DNA of 64,000 nucleotides, taken from assembly GCA_951406725.2 (NCBI GenBank), contig OX597822.1, forward strand, positions 116,498,001 to 116,562,000. Reading direction: 5' to 3'. The DNA comes from Octopus vulgaris. Its lineage: Eukaryota. The position numbers and the translations under genes are program-made. Shown here in pieces: positions 51,780 to 64,000 of the stretch (positions are counted from its first letter, which is position 1; each line of letters starts with the position of its first letter). The notes under the pieces are model-generated. The model did not search any database. It saw only the letters and a program-made list of their open reading frames with translations, and was not told the DNA's origin.

Positions 51780-52560
51780 ATTATCATCATCGTTTAGCAT
51801 CCGTTGTTCATGCTGGCATGAGTTGGATGGTTTGACCAGGGCTAGTAAGCTGATGGGCTGCACCAGACTCCAGTGTGATCTGGCATGGTTTCTACAGCTG
51901 GATGCCCTTCCTAATGCCAACCACTCCAAGAGTGTAATAAGTGCTTTTACATGCCACCAGCATGGGTGTCAGTTGCGTGACACCAGTATCTGCCACGACT
52001 ATGATTTCACTTGGCTTGATGGGTCTTCTTCTCGAGCACAGCATATTGCCAAAGGTCTTGGTCATTTGTCATTGCCTCTGTGTGGCCCAGTGCTCAGAAG
52101 GTGCTTTTTACGTGCCAGTTACGTGACCCCAGCAATGGTCACAACTACGATTCCACTTGGCTTGATGGGTCTTCTTCTCAAGCATAGCATATTGCCAAAG
52201 GTCTTTGTCAATTGTCATTGCATCTGTGAGGCCCAGTGCTCAAAGGGTGCTTTTTACGTGCCAGTTACGTGACCCCAGCAATGGTCACAACTACGATTCC
52301 ACTTGGCTTGGTGGGTCTTCTTCTCAAGCACAGCATATTGCCAAAAGTCTTGGTCATTTGTCATTGCCTCTGTGTGGCCCAGTGCTCAGAAGGTGCTTTT
52401 TACGTGCCAGTTACGTGACACCAGCAATGGTCACAACTACGATTCCACTTGGCTTGATGGGTCTTCTTCTCAAGCACAGCATATTGCCAAAGGTCTCAGT
52501 CACTATTCATTGCCTCAGTGAAGCCCAACATTCGAAGATCATGTTTCACCACCTCATCTG
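51780..52560 (-). mobile_element. RTE-clade LINE 3' end with 146-bp tandem repeat (about 3.5 copies)
   Basis: Period 146 (stops at 52126, 52272, 52418); tail homologous to the other copies. Confidence 0.8.
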
Positions 52561-52709
52561 TTGGGTGAATCCCAGCTGTTTCCTATTGAAACACATCTGC
52601 TTATTCCATTATTACAACCAATATATATCCATTATTATTGTTGAATGTAAATCAAAATACACATTAAAATTGGGGCTTATGGAAATATTATTTGCAGAGT
52701 TGTTGAATA

Positions 52710-53020
52710 AACAAAACAGGAAAACAGAAATTTTTTTGAATTATCTATTCTCCATTACATGTGTTTCATTTTCTAATAGGGATCACAGTGATTTACATGT
52801 TATATAGACATGTTCAGAATTTCCTATTAGAGAAATCATAGAACAGAAAAGTTTATAATAATTATGATATATAATGAAATTTTCTTACATGTCGATATAA
52901 CATGTAGATCTTACATGTCGATATAACATGTAGATCTTTGTGATTGCCATTAGAAAACAAAACACGTGTAACAGAGAATAAAGATTACCAAAAAAATTTC
53001 CATTTTTCAGTTTTGTTTTT
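52710..53020. mobile_element. Diverged MITE-like inverted repeat
   Basis: Arms about 52710-52822 and 52876-53018, with an internal 26-bp duplication. Confidence 0.55.
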
Positions 53021-54030
53021 ATATATATATTCTGTTATTCTTTTTTACTTTTGCTTGTTTCAGTCATTTGACTGCAGCCATGCTGGAGCACCATCTTAAA
53101 GGGTTTTTTAGTCAAAGAAATCAATCCCAGGACTTATTCTTTGTAAGTCTAGTACTTATTCTATCAGTTTCCTTTGCTGAACTGCTAAGTTACAGGGATA
53201 TAAGCACACCAACATCAGTTTTCAAGTGATGGCAGGGAAACAAACACTCACACATAAATATATATATATATATATAAATATATATAGGAGCCTGTCAGGA
53301 GGCCTGGCATCGATCACTTTTGGATAGTGCTTTTTATGTGCCACTGACTGGCTCTTGTGCCTGTGGCATGTAAAAAGCACTATCCGAACATAATTGATGC
53401 CAGACCTGTCTGACTGGCACCTGTGCTGGTGGCATGTAAAAAGCACCCACTACACTCTCGGAGTGGTTGGCATTAGGAAGGGCATCCAGCTATAGAAACA
53501 CTGCCAGATCAGATTGGGCCTGATGCAGCCACTGGTTCTCCAGACCTCAGTCAATCCATCCAACCCATGCCAGCATGGAAAACAGACATTAAACAATGAT
53601 GACGACAATGATGATGATGATGATGATGATGATATATATGACAGGCTTCTTTCAGTTTCCATCAACCAAATCCACTCACATAGTTTTGGTCAGTCTGAGG
53701 CTAAAGCAGAAGGCACTTGCCCAAGGTGCCATGCAGTGGGACCGAACCCAGAGCCATGTGGTTGGGAAGCTAGCTTCTTACCACACACACACACACACAT
53801 TTAGTGCGTCATTTTTTCAAGGTGGTAGAGGGTAATTTGTGGGAATTTGTCTGCTATTTCAAGGTCAAGCAACTGCATAGAGGATCTTTCGTTACCTCGT
53901 GTTTTATCAGTAAAAAAGTTTAGGCAGAATAACAGATTAAGCAACTTGTCATATTCAGCCACAAAATTCCAAGGTAGGATGATACCTTTCAGCATTCCAT
54001 TATTACATGCATACATTTATATATATGTAT

Positions 54031-54387
54031 ATATAATAACAATATAATAAATAAATAAAATATATGCATATATACATACATATATGTACATACTTACATC
54101 TACATGTATATTACCTTGGAAACACGCATTGAGTCAAACCAGGGGCAGCTGATGAAGGGGAATTTTCCTTGTATTGTTTGTCCTGTACTCTTTTTTTTTG
54201 TTGTTAAAAAAAAGTCCGTTTCCTTGTTTGATTTTATGTTTTCGTTTCTCGTTGTGTTCTACGTTTATTTGTGGTGTCCTGTACTTATATATATATATGC
54301 TTGTATATATACATGTAGATGTAAGTATGTACATATATGTATGTATATATGCATATATTTTATTTATTTATTATATTGTTATTATAT
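54031..54387. repeat. Perfect ~80-bp inverted repeat around a Penelope-like end fragment
   Basis: 54031-54111 is the reverse complement of 54307-54387. Confidence 0.8.
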
Positions 54388-54426
54388 GACCCAACACACG
54401 CGGTGTTTCTCTTCTCCAAGTAAGTT

Positions 54427-54474
<48 letters not shown>

Positions 54475-54710
54475 CATCCTCCTCCTCATCATCATCATTG
54501 CCATTGTTATCATTCAACATCTGTTTTCCATGGTGACATGAGCTTGACAGTTCAACAGGAACTGGCAAGTCAGAAGATTGCACCAAGCCATGCTATCTGC
54601 TTTAGAATGGTTTATCTGCTTGGATGCCTTTCCTAACGCCATACATTCATACATACACACATACATACATACAATACATACATACATACATACACACACA
54701 CATACATACA

Positions 54711-54741
<31 letters not shown>

Positions 54742-55479
54742 GCATGTCTGTCCATCCATCTGTCTGCCCATCTGTCCATCCATCCACCCGCCTGCCTGCC
54801 TACCTGCCCGTCTGTCTGTCTTTCTATCTATCTATCTATCTATCTATCTACCTACCTACTTCTCTATCTATCTATCTATCGATCAATTTCTTTGAAAATC
54901 AAAGAGAAAGAAGATAACTATGGACAACTGCTTTGAAACCTCCAATTTTCTACTTCTGGATTACAAATCTGCATTTATACCAATAATAATTGGAACACTT
55001 GTTTTTGTAAGTAAATAAGATAATAAAAAGGTAAAGTTATCTTCTTGAGTCTTGCCTGCCCATAAGGGCCGGTTTCCCAGTTTCAATGGCATATAAATTC
55101 CCCACCTGGACAGGACACCAATCAATTGCAGCGTTTTTTTTTGCCAGCTGAGTGGACTGGAGCAAAGTGAAATGAAGTGTTTTGCTCAAGAACACAACAC
55201 ATTGCCCAGTCCAGGAATCGAAACCACAATTTTACAAACATGCGCCCAACACCTGTAACCACAAAGCCATGTTCCTCCACTTTTGTAAGTAAATGCCTAA
55301 CTGTCTGTCTGGAAATCAACCAACAGATACAATCTGTAAGTGGAACAGTAAAAATATGCAAGACTTTTCTCAAGTTTAAAATGTGACGTTGGTTTTGATA
55401 TCTACATTCCAAAGATGGAGCTTTGTATCTTTGTATGTATATATATATGTGTGTGTGTGTATGTATAAATATATATATA

Positions 55480-55718
55480 CAGGGTTGGCCAAAAGTCACC
55501 TGACAGAAAATCAAAACCATTTAATTCCAAGATTAAAACAAAAAATCATTTCATATGAGACTTCGCTAATAAATAGACAAATGTTGAAAAAAAAACATGA
55601 TTTTAACTCACAGCTTCCAATTATTAAACATTCATAATTGGAATGAACAAATAAAATTTGAATATTAAGTATTTAAGGAATTTTGATTTACTGTCAGGTG
55701 ACTTTTAGGCCAACCTTG
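55480..55718. mobile_element. Tc1/mariner-type MITE
   Basis: TA|CAGGGTTGGCCAAAAGTCACCTGACAG...CTGTCAGGTGACTTTTAGGCCAACCTTG|TA. Confidence 0.85.
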
Positions 55719-55866
55719 TAGATGTCTATACTTTATTAATAAAATACATTACTCAACTTCTGGTATTCAAGTACTATTTTCTCTACCTTGTTTCACATTC
55801 ATATCCTTACTCTGGTATATATATACATATATATATATATATGTACATATGTATATATAAATATAC

Positions 55867-55904
<38 letters not shown>

Positions 55905-55978
55905 GTATATATATATATGTATATATATATGTATATATATATATGTGTATATATATATATGTGTGTATGTATATATAA

Positions 55979-56012
<34 letters not shown>

Positions 56013-56229
56013 CATCATCATCATTTAACGTCCGCTTTCCATGCTAGCATGGGTTGGACGGTTCAACTGGTGTCTGGGGAGCCCGAAGGCTGCACCAGGC
56101 CAGTCAGATCTGGCAGTGTTTCTACAGCTGGATGCCCTTCCTAACGCCAACCACTCCGAGAGTGTAATATATATGTATATATATATATGTATATATATAT
56201 ATATGTATATATATATGTATATATATGTG

Positions 56230-56280
<51 letters not shown>

Positions 56281-56389
56281 ATATATATATATGTATATAT
56301 ATATGTGTGTATATATATATGTATATATATATATATGTATATATGTATGTATATATATATATATGTATATATATGTATATATATATATA

Positions 56390-56420
<31 letters not shown>

Positions 56421-56501
56421 GTATATATATGTATATATATATATATGTATATATATATGTATGTATATATATATATGTATATATATGTATATATATATAT
56501 A

Positions 56502-56553
<52 letters not shown>

Positions 56554-57006
56554 CATGTATGTATGTGCATGTATGTATGTGCTTATCTTTCACTACTTGA
56601 GAACTGGTGTTGCTTTATTTACATCCCTGATAACTTAGCACTTCAGCTAAAAGAGACCAATGAAATAAGTAAGTAAACATGAAATAAATACTGCATTAAT
56701 TTGATCAACTAAATTCTTCAAGGCAGTGCCCCAGCATGGCCACAGTCCAACGACTGAAACATGTAAAAGAAACGAAAGAAATAAATACAATTTTGTTTTA
56801 TCAAGTGGCACCAGGCGTACAATTGAAACCGGCCGTGGACTGGAATTAACAGATGTTGTTGGGAATGGAAAGAAGCAGTATATATGCTGATAATTATTTG
56901 TATAATATAAATATATATATATATTCATTATATTTATGTTTGTGTGTGTGCGCACGTATGTGTGTATGTGTAAACATACTGACACTCACACACACACACA
57001 CATGTC

Positions 57007-57045
<39 letters not shown>

Positions 57046-57699
57046 GTATGTATATATGTATGTATATATATATATATATATATACATACACATATGTATG
57101 TATATATGTATATATATGTATGTATATATATATATATATATATGTATGTATATGTGTTAGTATATATATATATATGTGTGTGTGTGTATATATATGTTTA
57201 TATATATACAGTGTATATATATACAAATATATTATTTATGTATTGTGTATATAAGTGTATGCATGTGTGTGATTACATGTGGGTGTATGTGAACGCAGAT
57301 TTGTATGTGTGTATGTTTATGTGTGTGTATATGTGCATGATCATGCGTCAGAAACTATGTGTAGGTATCTGAGGGAATTTGCGAGTATATATAAAGACTG
57401 TAAGAGTATGAATGTATATGCGTAAGCATTCATGTATGCGAATATGCATGTGTGTGTGTGTGTGTGTGTGTGATTACGTTTATGGATGTGGAAATTTGAT
57501 AACACATTTTGGCAATTTGTACAAATGAGTAAGATAATTTCTTAAACATATCCACAGTTAAGTTGACTTGAGGAATTCAAAGAGGTCTTTGCCAAAATAA
57601 ATTGGTTCTGGAAGTGACAAGCGTGTCATTTACAATAGTCATGGAAAGACCAGATACAATATATATATATATGTATATATGTATACATATATACATACA

Positions 57700-57735
<36 letters not shown>

Positions 57736-57878
57736 TATCTATATATATATATATGTATGTATGTATATGTATGTATGCATATATATCTATATATATATAC
57801 ACATACATACACATGCATATATGTGTCTGTGCGTGTATACATACATATCTATCTATCTATCTATCTATCTATCTCTCA

Positions 57879-57953
<75 letters not shown>

Positions 57954-58225
57954 CAGGGGTGCGATGGATGAATTGTCATCATTTTATATTTTTAATTTTA
58001 CGCATGTGCATTATTTGTTTTTGATTTTGTTGACTACACAGTATAGTAGGGTTAGTTGGGCACCATCTTTGAGAGAAACAACAGCATGACACAATTTACT
58101 CTGCCAGAAATTTGGAAACAACATGCTGTACTGCTTGGCATTCATGCTGGAAGCTCCAAAATGAACTTTTCAGAGTGTTTGGGTTTCAGTCTGGGGACAG
58201 TGCACCACATCAACTTAGAGTGATA
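57954..58225 (+). mobile_element. Tc1/mariner 5' fragment with transposase N-terminal HTH-like start
   Basis: TA|CAGGGGTG terminus; ATG at 58086 gives MTQFTLPEIWKQHAVLLGIHAGSSKMNFSECLGFSLGTV. Confidence 0.5.
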
Positions 58226-58836
58226 GAAATCAAACATCTAGAGAGAGGGAGGCAGATATCATCGTCATCCTTTTAATGTCCACTTTTTCATGCTCTCAAG
58301 GGTTGGATAGAATTTGGTAAGGTGTATTTTTTTATGGTTGGATGCCCTTCCTGTCACCAGCCCTCACTTGTTTCAAAGTAATTCCCCCGTGACCAGACAT
58401 GTTTTCATTGATTACTGGAAACGAAGGATACTGCTTGCAAGACGGTGGCACTTGTTTACAGCTATCATGTGATGCCAAGGGAAGGAAACAGAAACACACA
58501 CACATACACACAGTAACATACAGGCATGGCTGTGTGGTAGGGAGTTTGCTTTCCAATCACATGGTTCCAGGTTCAGTCCCACTAAAAGAAGCCCACTGTA
58601 TATAAAGCTTCCAATACACTCTGTCTGTCGTATTGATCATTTAAAATATACTAAAAGTGCACCAAGGAATTCCTCACGTAGTTCCGGTGACAAAAGTGCA
58701 GGACCATGTGTAACACCTGGTAACCATAAGTGTTGAACATGCTATGCAGGCACACTATGAGGAACATTCCCAAAACAAGAATTTGGATTCTATACTTTAA
58801 AGTTTCCTATCTAAACTTTAATTCTAAATATAACTA

Positions 58837-58869
<33 letters not shown>

Positions 58870-60290
58870 ATCATCATCATCATCATTTAACGTCCGTTGT
58901 CCATTCTGGCATGGGTTGGACAGTTTGACCAAGGCTGGCAAGCTGGAAGGCTGCACCAGACTCCAATCTGATTTGGCATGGCTTCTACAGCTTGATACCT
59001 TTCCTAATGCCAACCACTCTGAGAGTGTAATGGTTGCTTTTATGTGCCACTGGTATGGGTGCCATTTGCGTGACACCAGTATGTGTCACAATTGTGATTT
59101 TATTTGGCTTGATAGGTCTTTTTCTAAAGCATGACATAATGCCATGGTCTCAGTCACTCATCATTGCCTCTGTGAGGTCCAACACTCGAAAGGAGCTTTT
59201 CACGTCTCATCGGCATTGGCCACTTCACCTCCATGAAGCCCAATGCTCAAAAACGGCTTTTTATGTGACACCAGCACCGTGTTACGTGACACCATCACTT
59301 GGCTTTATGGGTTTTCTCAAGCATAGCATATTGTTAAAGGCCTCAGTCACTAGTCATTGCCTCTGTAAGGCCCAACATTCAAAGATCATGCTTCACCACG
59401 TCATCCTATGTCTTCTTGAGTCTACCTCTACCATAAGTTAACATCCACAGTTAGAGATTAACACTTCTTTACACAGCTGTCCCCGTCTATGTGCATTACA
59501 TGACCATACCAGCACAGTTGTCTCTTGCACACCACGTCTGATTCTTCTTACGCTTAACTTTTCTCTCAAGATGCTTACACTCTGTTGAATATGCACACTG
59601 TATATTCAGCAAAGCATACTGGCTTCATTTCTTTCAAGCCTACACTTGTCCTTAGCTGTTACAGCCCATATTTGATAGCTGTTTTCACACAGGCATCATA
59701 CAATCTGCCTTTCACTCTGAGGGAGAGGCCCTTTATTGCCGGCAGAGGTAGGAGCTCTCTGAACTTTGCTCAGCTTATTCTCACTCTCACAGCTATATTC
59801 TCGAAGCACCCACTTCTGCTACTAACTTGGTCACCTAGATAACGGAAGCTATTGATGTGCTTGAGAAGACCCGGCAAGCCAAGTGAGACTGTAACCATGG
59901 CCTATGCCAGTGCAGTATAACCAGCCCACTTAAAAATACCCTTCAATCATTGGGCAATAAATTGCACTTGTGAAGAGCTGTTGAGGCATGTGAAATCGTT
60001 GTTGTGGCTGATGACAGTGCCACCTGATTGGCACTCATGCTGGTGGCACGTAAGAAGCACCATTCGAGCATGGTCGATGCCAGTCCTGCCTTACTTGTTC
60101 CCATACAAGTGGCACATAAAAAGTACCATTTAAGCGTGGTCGTCGCTAGTGCTTTGGTAAGCAGAACTGGTGATGTGGGATTGGATTCTGGTGTAGTCTT
60201 CTGGCTCGTCACCCCACAGTCAAACCATCCAACCCATGCCAACAAGGAAAATGGACATTAAACGATGACAATGATGATGATGGTGATGAT
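58870..60290. mobile_element. Two RTE-clade LINE ends joined head-to-head (58870-59850 minus; 59856-60290 plus)
   Basis: Both are homologous to 50540-51640, with (TGA)n tails pointing outward. Confidence 0.75.
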
Positions 60291-61080
60291 ATGTATATAT
60301 ACATACATATGTATGTATATATATAAATATATATATACACATACATATATATGTATATATATATATATATACATATGTATATATATGTATATATATATAT
60401 ATATACATATGTGTATATATATATATATATATATATTTGTGTGTGTCTCTTTGTTTGTGTTAGCCCCCCCCCCCCCCATCGCTGCTTGACAACCAGCGCT
60501 GGTGTGTTTACATCCCTGTTACTTAGCTGTTTCCCAAAAGAGACAGATAGAATAAGAACCAGGCTTTAATGTAAAAAGGCACTGGTGTTGATCAATTCGA
60601 TATTAGGTTTCCCTAATAATACAATGCAGAAGCAAAAAAAATCAAATATGCACATTCTCTGTGTCTTTTTTCTTATTCTTTAATTTCAAATTTAAACTTC
60701 AAATCCCACCAAATATTATGAAGAAATGATTATCTCCCATGCATTAACTGCCCACTAGGGACTCCACGTATAATGTATACTGTTTCTATAATATTGTAAC
60801 TATCATGTATAGCAATTCAATAATACTGTGTTCTACATCTGTTCAATCTGAGGTGAGGTGTCTCACCTGGTCTAATGACATTCAGGTGTTCTTTAACACT
60901 CAGCATTATGTCAGGAGATATTCCAGATGCTATCTCACAGCAAATTCAGTTCATAAACACAACCCTTACCCTGTGTATGTGATCAATAATGTTTACATTC
61001 CTAGAGCTGGTTTTAATTCATAATTTATTTCACTTTCACATGTGCTATGTTGCAGCACATCAGTAAATAGTTTTCACTCT

Positions 61081-61644
61081 AGGTGTAGGAGTGGCTGTGT
61101 GGTAAGTAGTTTGCTTACCAACCACATGGTTCTGGGTTCAGTCCCATTGTGTGGCGTCTTGTGCAAGTGTCTTCTACTATAGCCTCGGACCAACCAAAAC
61201 CTTGTGAGTGGATTTGGTAGACAGAAACTGAAAGAATCCCGTTGTATACACTACCGTCAGAAATTAATTAGCACCCTTGATTTGCTCTTCACTCAAGGTA
61301 TGTGCTGTCACCTAGTGGCCATATCTCGAACTATTGCTTTGTTGCGAGTTCACTGTTGCGCAGAACGATGACGTAACTTTGTTTGCAGAGCAGTTTGAGA
61401 GTCTACAGCCTTATGATGTTGACATAGCAGTGCAACAACTTGGAGTGCGGATGCAGACAAATCTTCCTTTGTTTAATAGATATAGGTAGCGCCTCGCAAG
61501 GACCGAAATCACACCATACTAAGTTTTCTCATCCCGTAAGACGTTTTGAACAGCTCATAGGTTAATTGATTTAACCTATTTAATGTAGAAATTTGAGAAG
61601 TGCTAATTAATTTCTGACGCAAGTGTATATGTATATATATGTAC

Positions 61645-61688
<44 letters not shown>

Positions 61689-61885
61689 TGGTGTGTCTGT
61701 GCTTGTCCCCCCAACATCACTTGACAACCGATGCTGGTGTGTTTACGTCCCTGTAACTTAGCAGTTCAGCAAAAGAGACCGATAGAATAAGTACTAGGCT
61801 TACAAAGATCGATTTGCTCGACTAAAGGCAGTGCTCCAGCATGGCCACATTCAAATGACTGAAACAAGTAAAAGAGTAGAAGAGT
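61081..61885 (+). mobile_element. SINE family A interrupted by a MITE
   Basis: Head at 61081-61246 and tail at 61626-61885. Confidence 0.85.
61249..61625. mobile_element. Tc1/mariner-type MITE nested in a SINE
   Basis: TA|CACTACCGTCAGAAATTAATTAGCAC...GTGCTAATTAATTTCTGACGCAAGTG|TA. Confidence 0.85.
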
Positions 61886-63086
61886 ATATAACTCACAGAC
61901 CAGAGATCCAATTCATTTTGGTTTCGTCTGAGTGTATGGTATTGATAATCCACAGCAATGGCAAAATATTGGTATCCACCAGTCTTGGATTCAATCCAAA
62001 GTGAGTTGTCTTGTGTGATCTATGACATTCGTGTGTCCTTTAGTACTCAGCTTTATCTTACAGAGCCATCCCAGACATTATCCAGCAGCAAATTCAGCAG
62101 ATAAACAAAACACATACACTGTGTCTGTGCAATTGATAATGTTTACCAAAAACTGGCACTCCATTGGTCACAATGACGAGAGTTCCTGTCAATTCAATCA
62201 ACGGAACAGCCTGCTTGTGAAGTTAACACACAAGTGACTGAGTACCTCATTGATATGTGTCCCCTTAATGTAGTTTCTAAGGAAATTCAACAAAACAGAA
62301 TACGACAAAGATGGAGCAACAGGAAATGAAGTGTTTCGCTCAAGGGCACAATGCACTACTAAGAATTGAACACAGGACCTTACAATCATGAGCTGAATAC
62401 CCTAACCATTCAGTTATGTGCCTTATCTATAATTTACAACTGTTCTATAATATTGTATCAATGATAATCATCAGCATTGGAGCTTCTATTATACTGGACA
62501 TTTCTGTTATGCAACGAAACTCACACCTCTTCAGTTTGCAATGTTCATTCACCCAATCTGTATATTTTAGTCGTATAAGATTTAGATCATCTCAGGAGGT
62601 CTAAAAAGACAGACTTGTGTACGTAGTAATAATCATGCTTATCAAAGACCAATGAACTTTTAATTAATTTGAAATTTACTTTTTGACTAAATTTAATCAT
62701 TAACTCTAAACAAGATTTTTGTCTCTTTACGAGGAGTGAAATTTTAATTAATTAAAAGTTGAATGGGGGTGCTCATTATATTATCCTTTACCCGTTCAGT
62801 CATTGTACTGTGGCTATGCTGGAGCACTACTCTGCAGGGATTTAGATGAAGAAATTGAACCCAGTACTTATTTTATAAGTCCACTACTTATTCCATTGGG
62901 TTTTTTTTCAAACTGCTAAGTTACAGGGACATAAACAAAGCAACACTACTTGTCAAGCTGTGGGGAAGAAACAAACACAGACACAAAGACATACACACTT
63001 ACACACCTATATCAAAGTAGTATAGTTTCCATGAAGCATTGTCTGATATATATAATTATATATAATTATATATATATATATGTATA

Positions 63087-63123
<37 letters not shown>

Positions 63124-63309
63124 TACAGACTTCCACGCCTCTTAACAGTTTCTGTTTTCGACATTCACTCACAAGACATTGGTCAGTTCACAGCTGATGT
63201 AGAAAGCACTTGCTCAAGGTGCTGTGCAGAGGGATTGAACCCAAAACCACATGGTTGCAAACTGAGCTTTGTAATCAAACTGCCATACCAGCATCTGTAT
63301 GTTATCTTT

Positions 63310-64000
63310 ATCGGTCATTAGACTGCAGCCATGCTGGGGCATCGCCTTGAAGAATTTTTAGTTGAATGTATCAACTTGAGGAGTTATTTTTTTAAAGCTG
63401 GTACTTATTCTATCAGTACCATTTGCCAAACTGCTAGGTTACAGGGATGTAAATACAGCAACACTGGTTATCAAGTGATGGTGGGGGACAAACACAGACA
63501 CAAAGACACACACATAGATATATACATACATATATATATATATATATATATTTTATCCCTCTCTCTCTCTTTCGGAGAGGCACAAGCACCTACACACACG
63601 GCAGTAACTTCCACCTACCGAATTCAATCACAAAGCTCCGGTCAGCTCGGGGCTATAGTGAAAGACACCTACCCAAAGTGCCACACAGTGGGACTGAACC
63701 CGAAACCATATAGCTAGGAAGCAAGCTCCCTAACCACACAGCCATGCCCGCGCCTATATATATATATATATATATATGGCTGTGTGGTAAGTAGCTTGCT
63801 AACCAACCACATGGTTCCGGGTTCAGTCCCACTGCGTGGCATCTTGGGCAAGTGTCTTCTGCTATAGCCCTGGGCCGACCAATGCCTTGTGAGTGGATTT
63901 GGTAGACGGAAACTGAAAGAAGCCTGTTGTATATATGTATATATGTATGTGTGTGTGTGTTTGTGTGTCTGTGTTTGTCCCCCTAGCATTACTTGACAAC
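63310..64000. mobile_element. Head-to-head SINE family A pair (63310-63755 minus; 63777-64000 plus)
   Basis: Two SINE heads separated only by (TA)n. Confidence 0.8.

Noticed and set aside
55800-57950. Many Y/I/C/V/H/T-rich ORFs
   Set aside because: They are (TA)n, (TG)n and (TATG)n microsatellite artefacts.

Overview
AT-rich, repeat-saturated eukaryotic DNA. The SINE families, the RTE-type LINE tails and the (TA)n/(TATG)n/(TAA)n density look like an Octopus (coleoid cephalopod) genome; this is inference from recognising the repeats, not a search result. No intact protein-coding gene is visible, and almost all listed ORFs are microsatellite artefacts. The window holds dozens of tRNA-derived SINEs, 5'-truncated RTE-clade LINE ends, and R4/Dong-like RLE retrotransposon ends inside (TAA)n arrays. 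It also holds a Penelope-like GIY-YIG fragment with several hammerhead-like Penelope ends, a decayed Helitron RepHel, two tandem non-autonomous Helitrons, Tc1/mariner and piggyBac-like MITEs and fragments, a CR1/L2-type RT fragment, a degenerate telomere-like tract, and possible short host exons near the start. Two observations stand out. (1) An inverted repeat with ~350-bp arms at 21264-22211 whose arms differ almost only by A versus G, a one-directional hypermutation that suggests deaminase editing fixed in the genome. (2) A type I hammerhead-like ribozyme at 27798-27850 whose predicted cleavage site matches the boundary of a 344-bp-period direct repeat, a retrozyme-like layout. Coordinates of decayed repeats are approximate.
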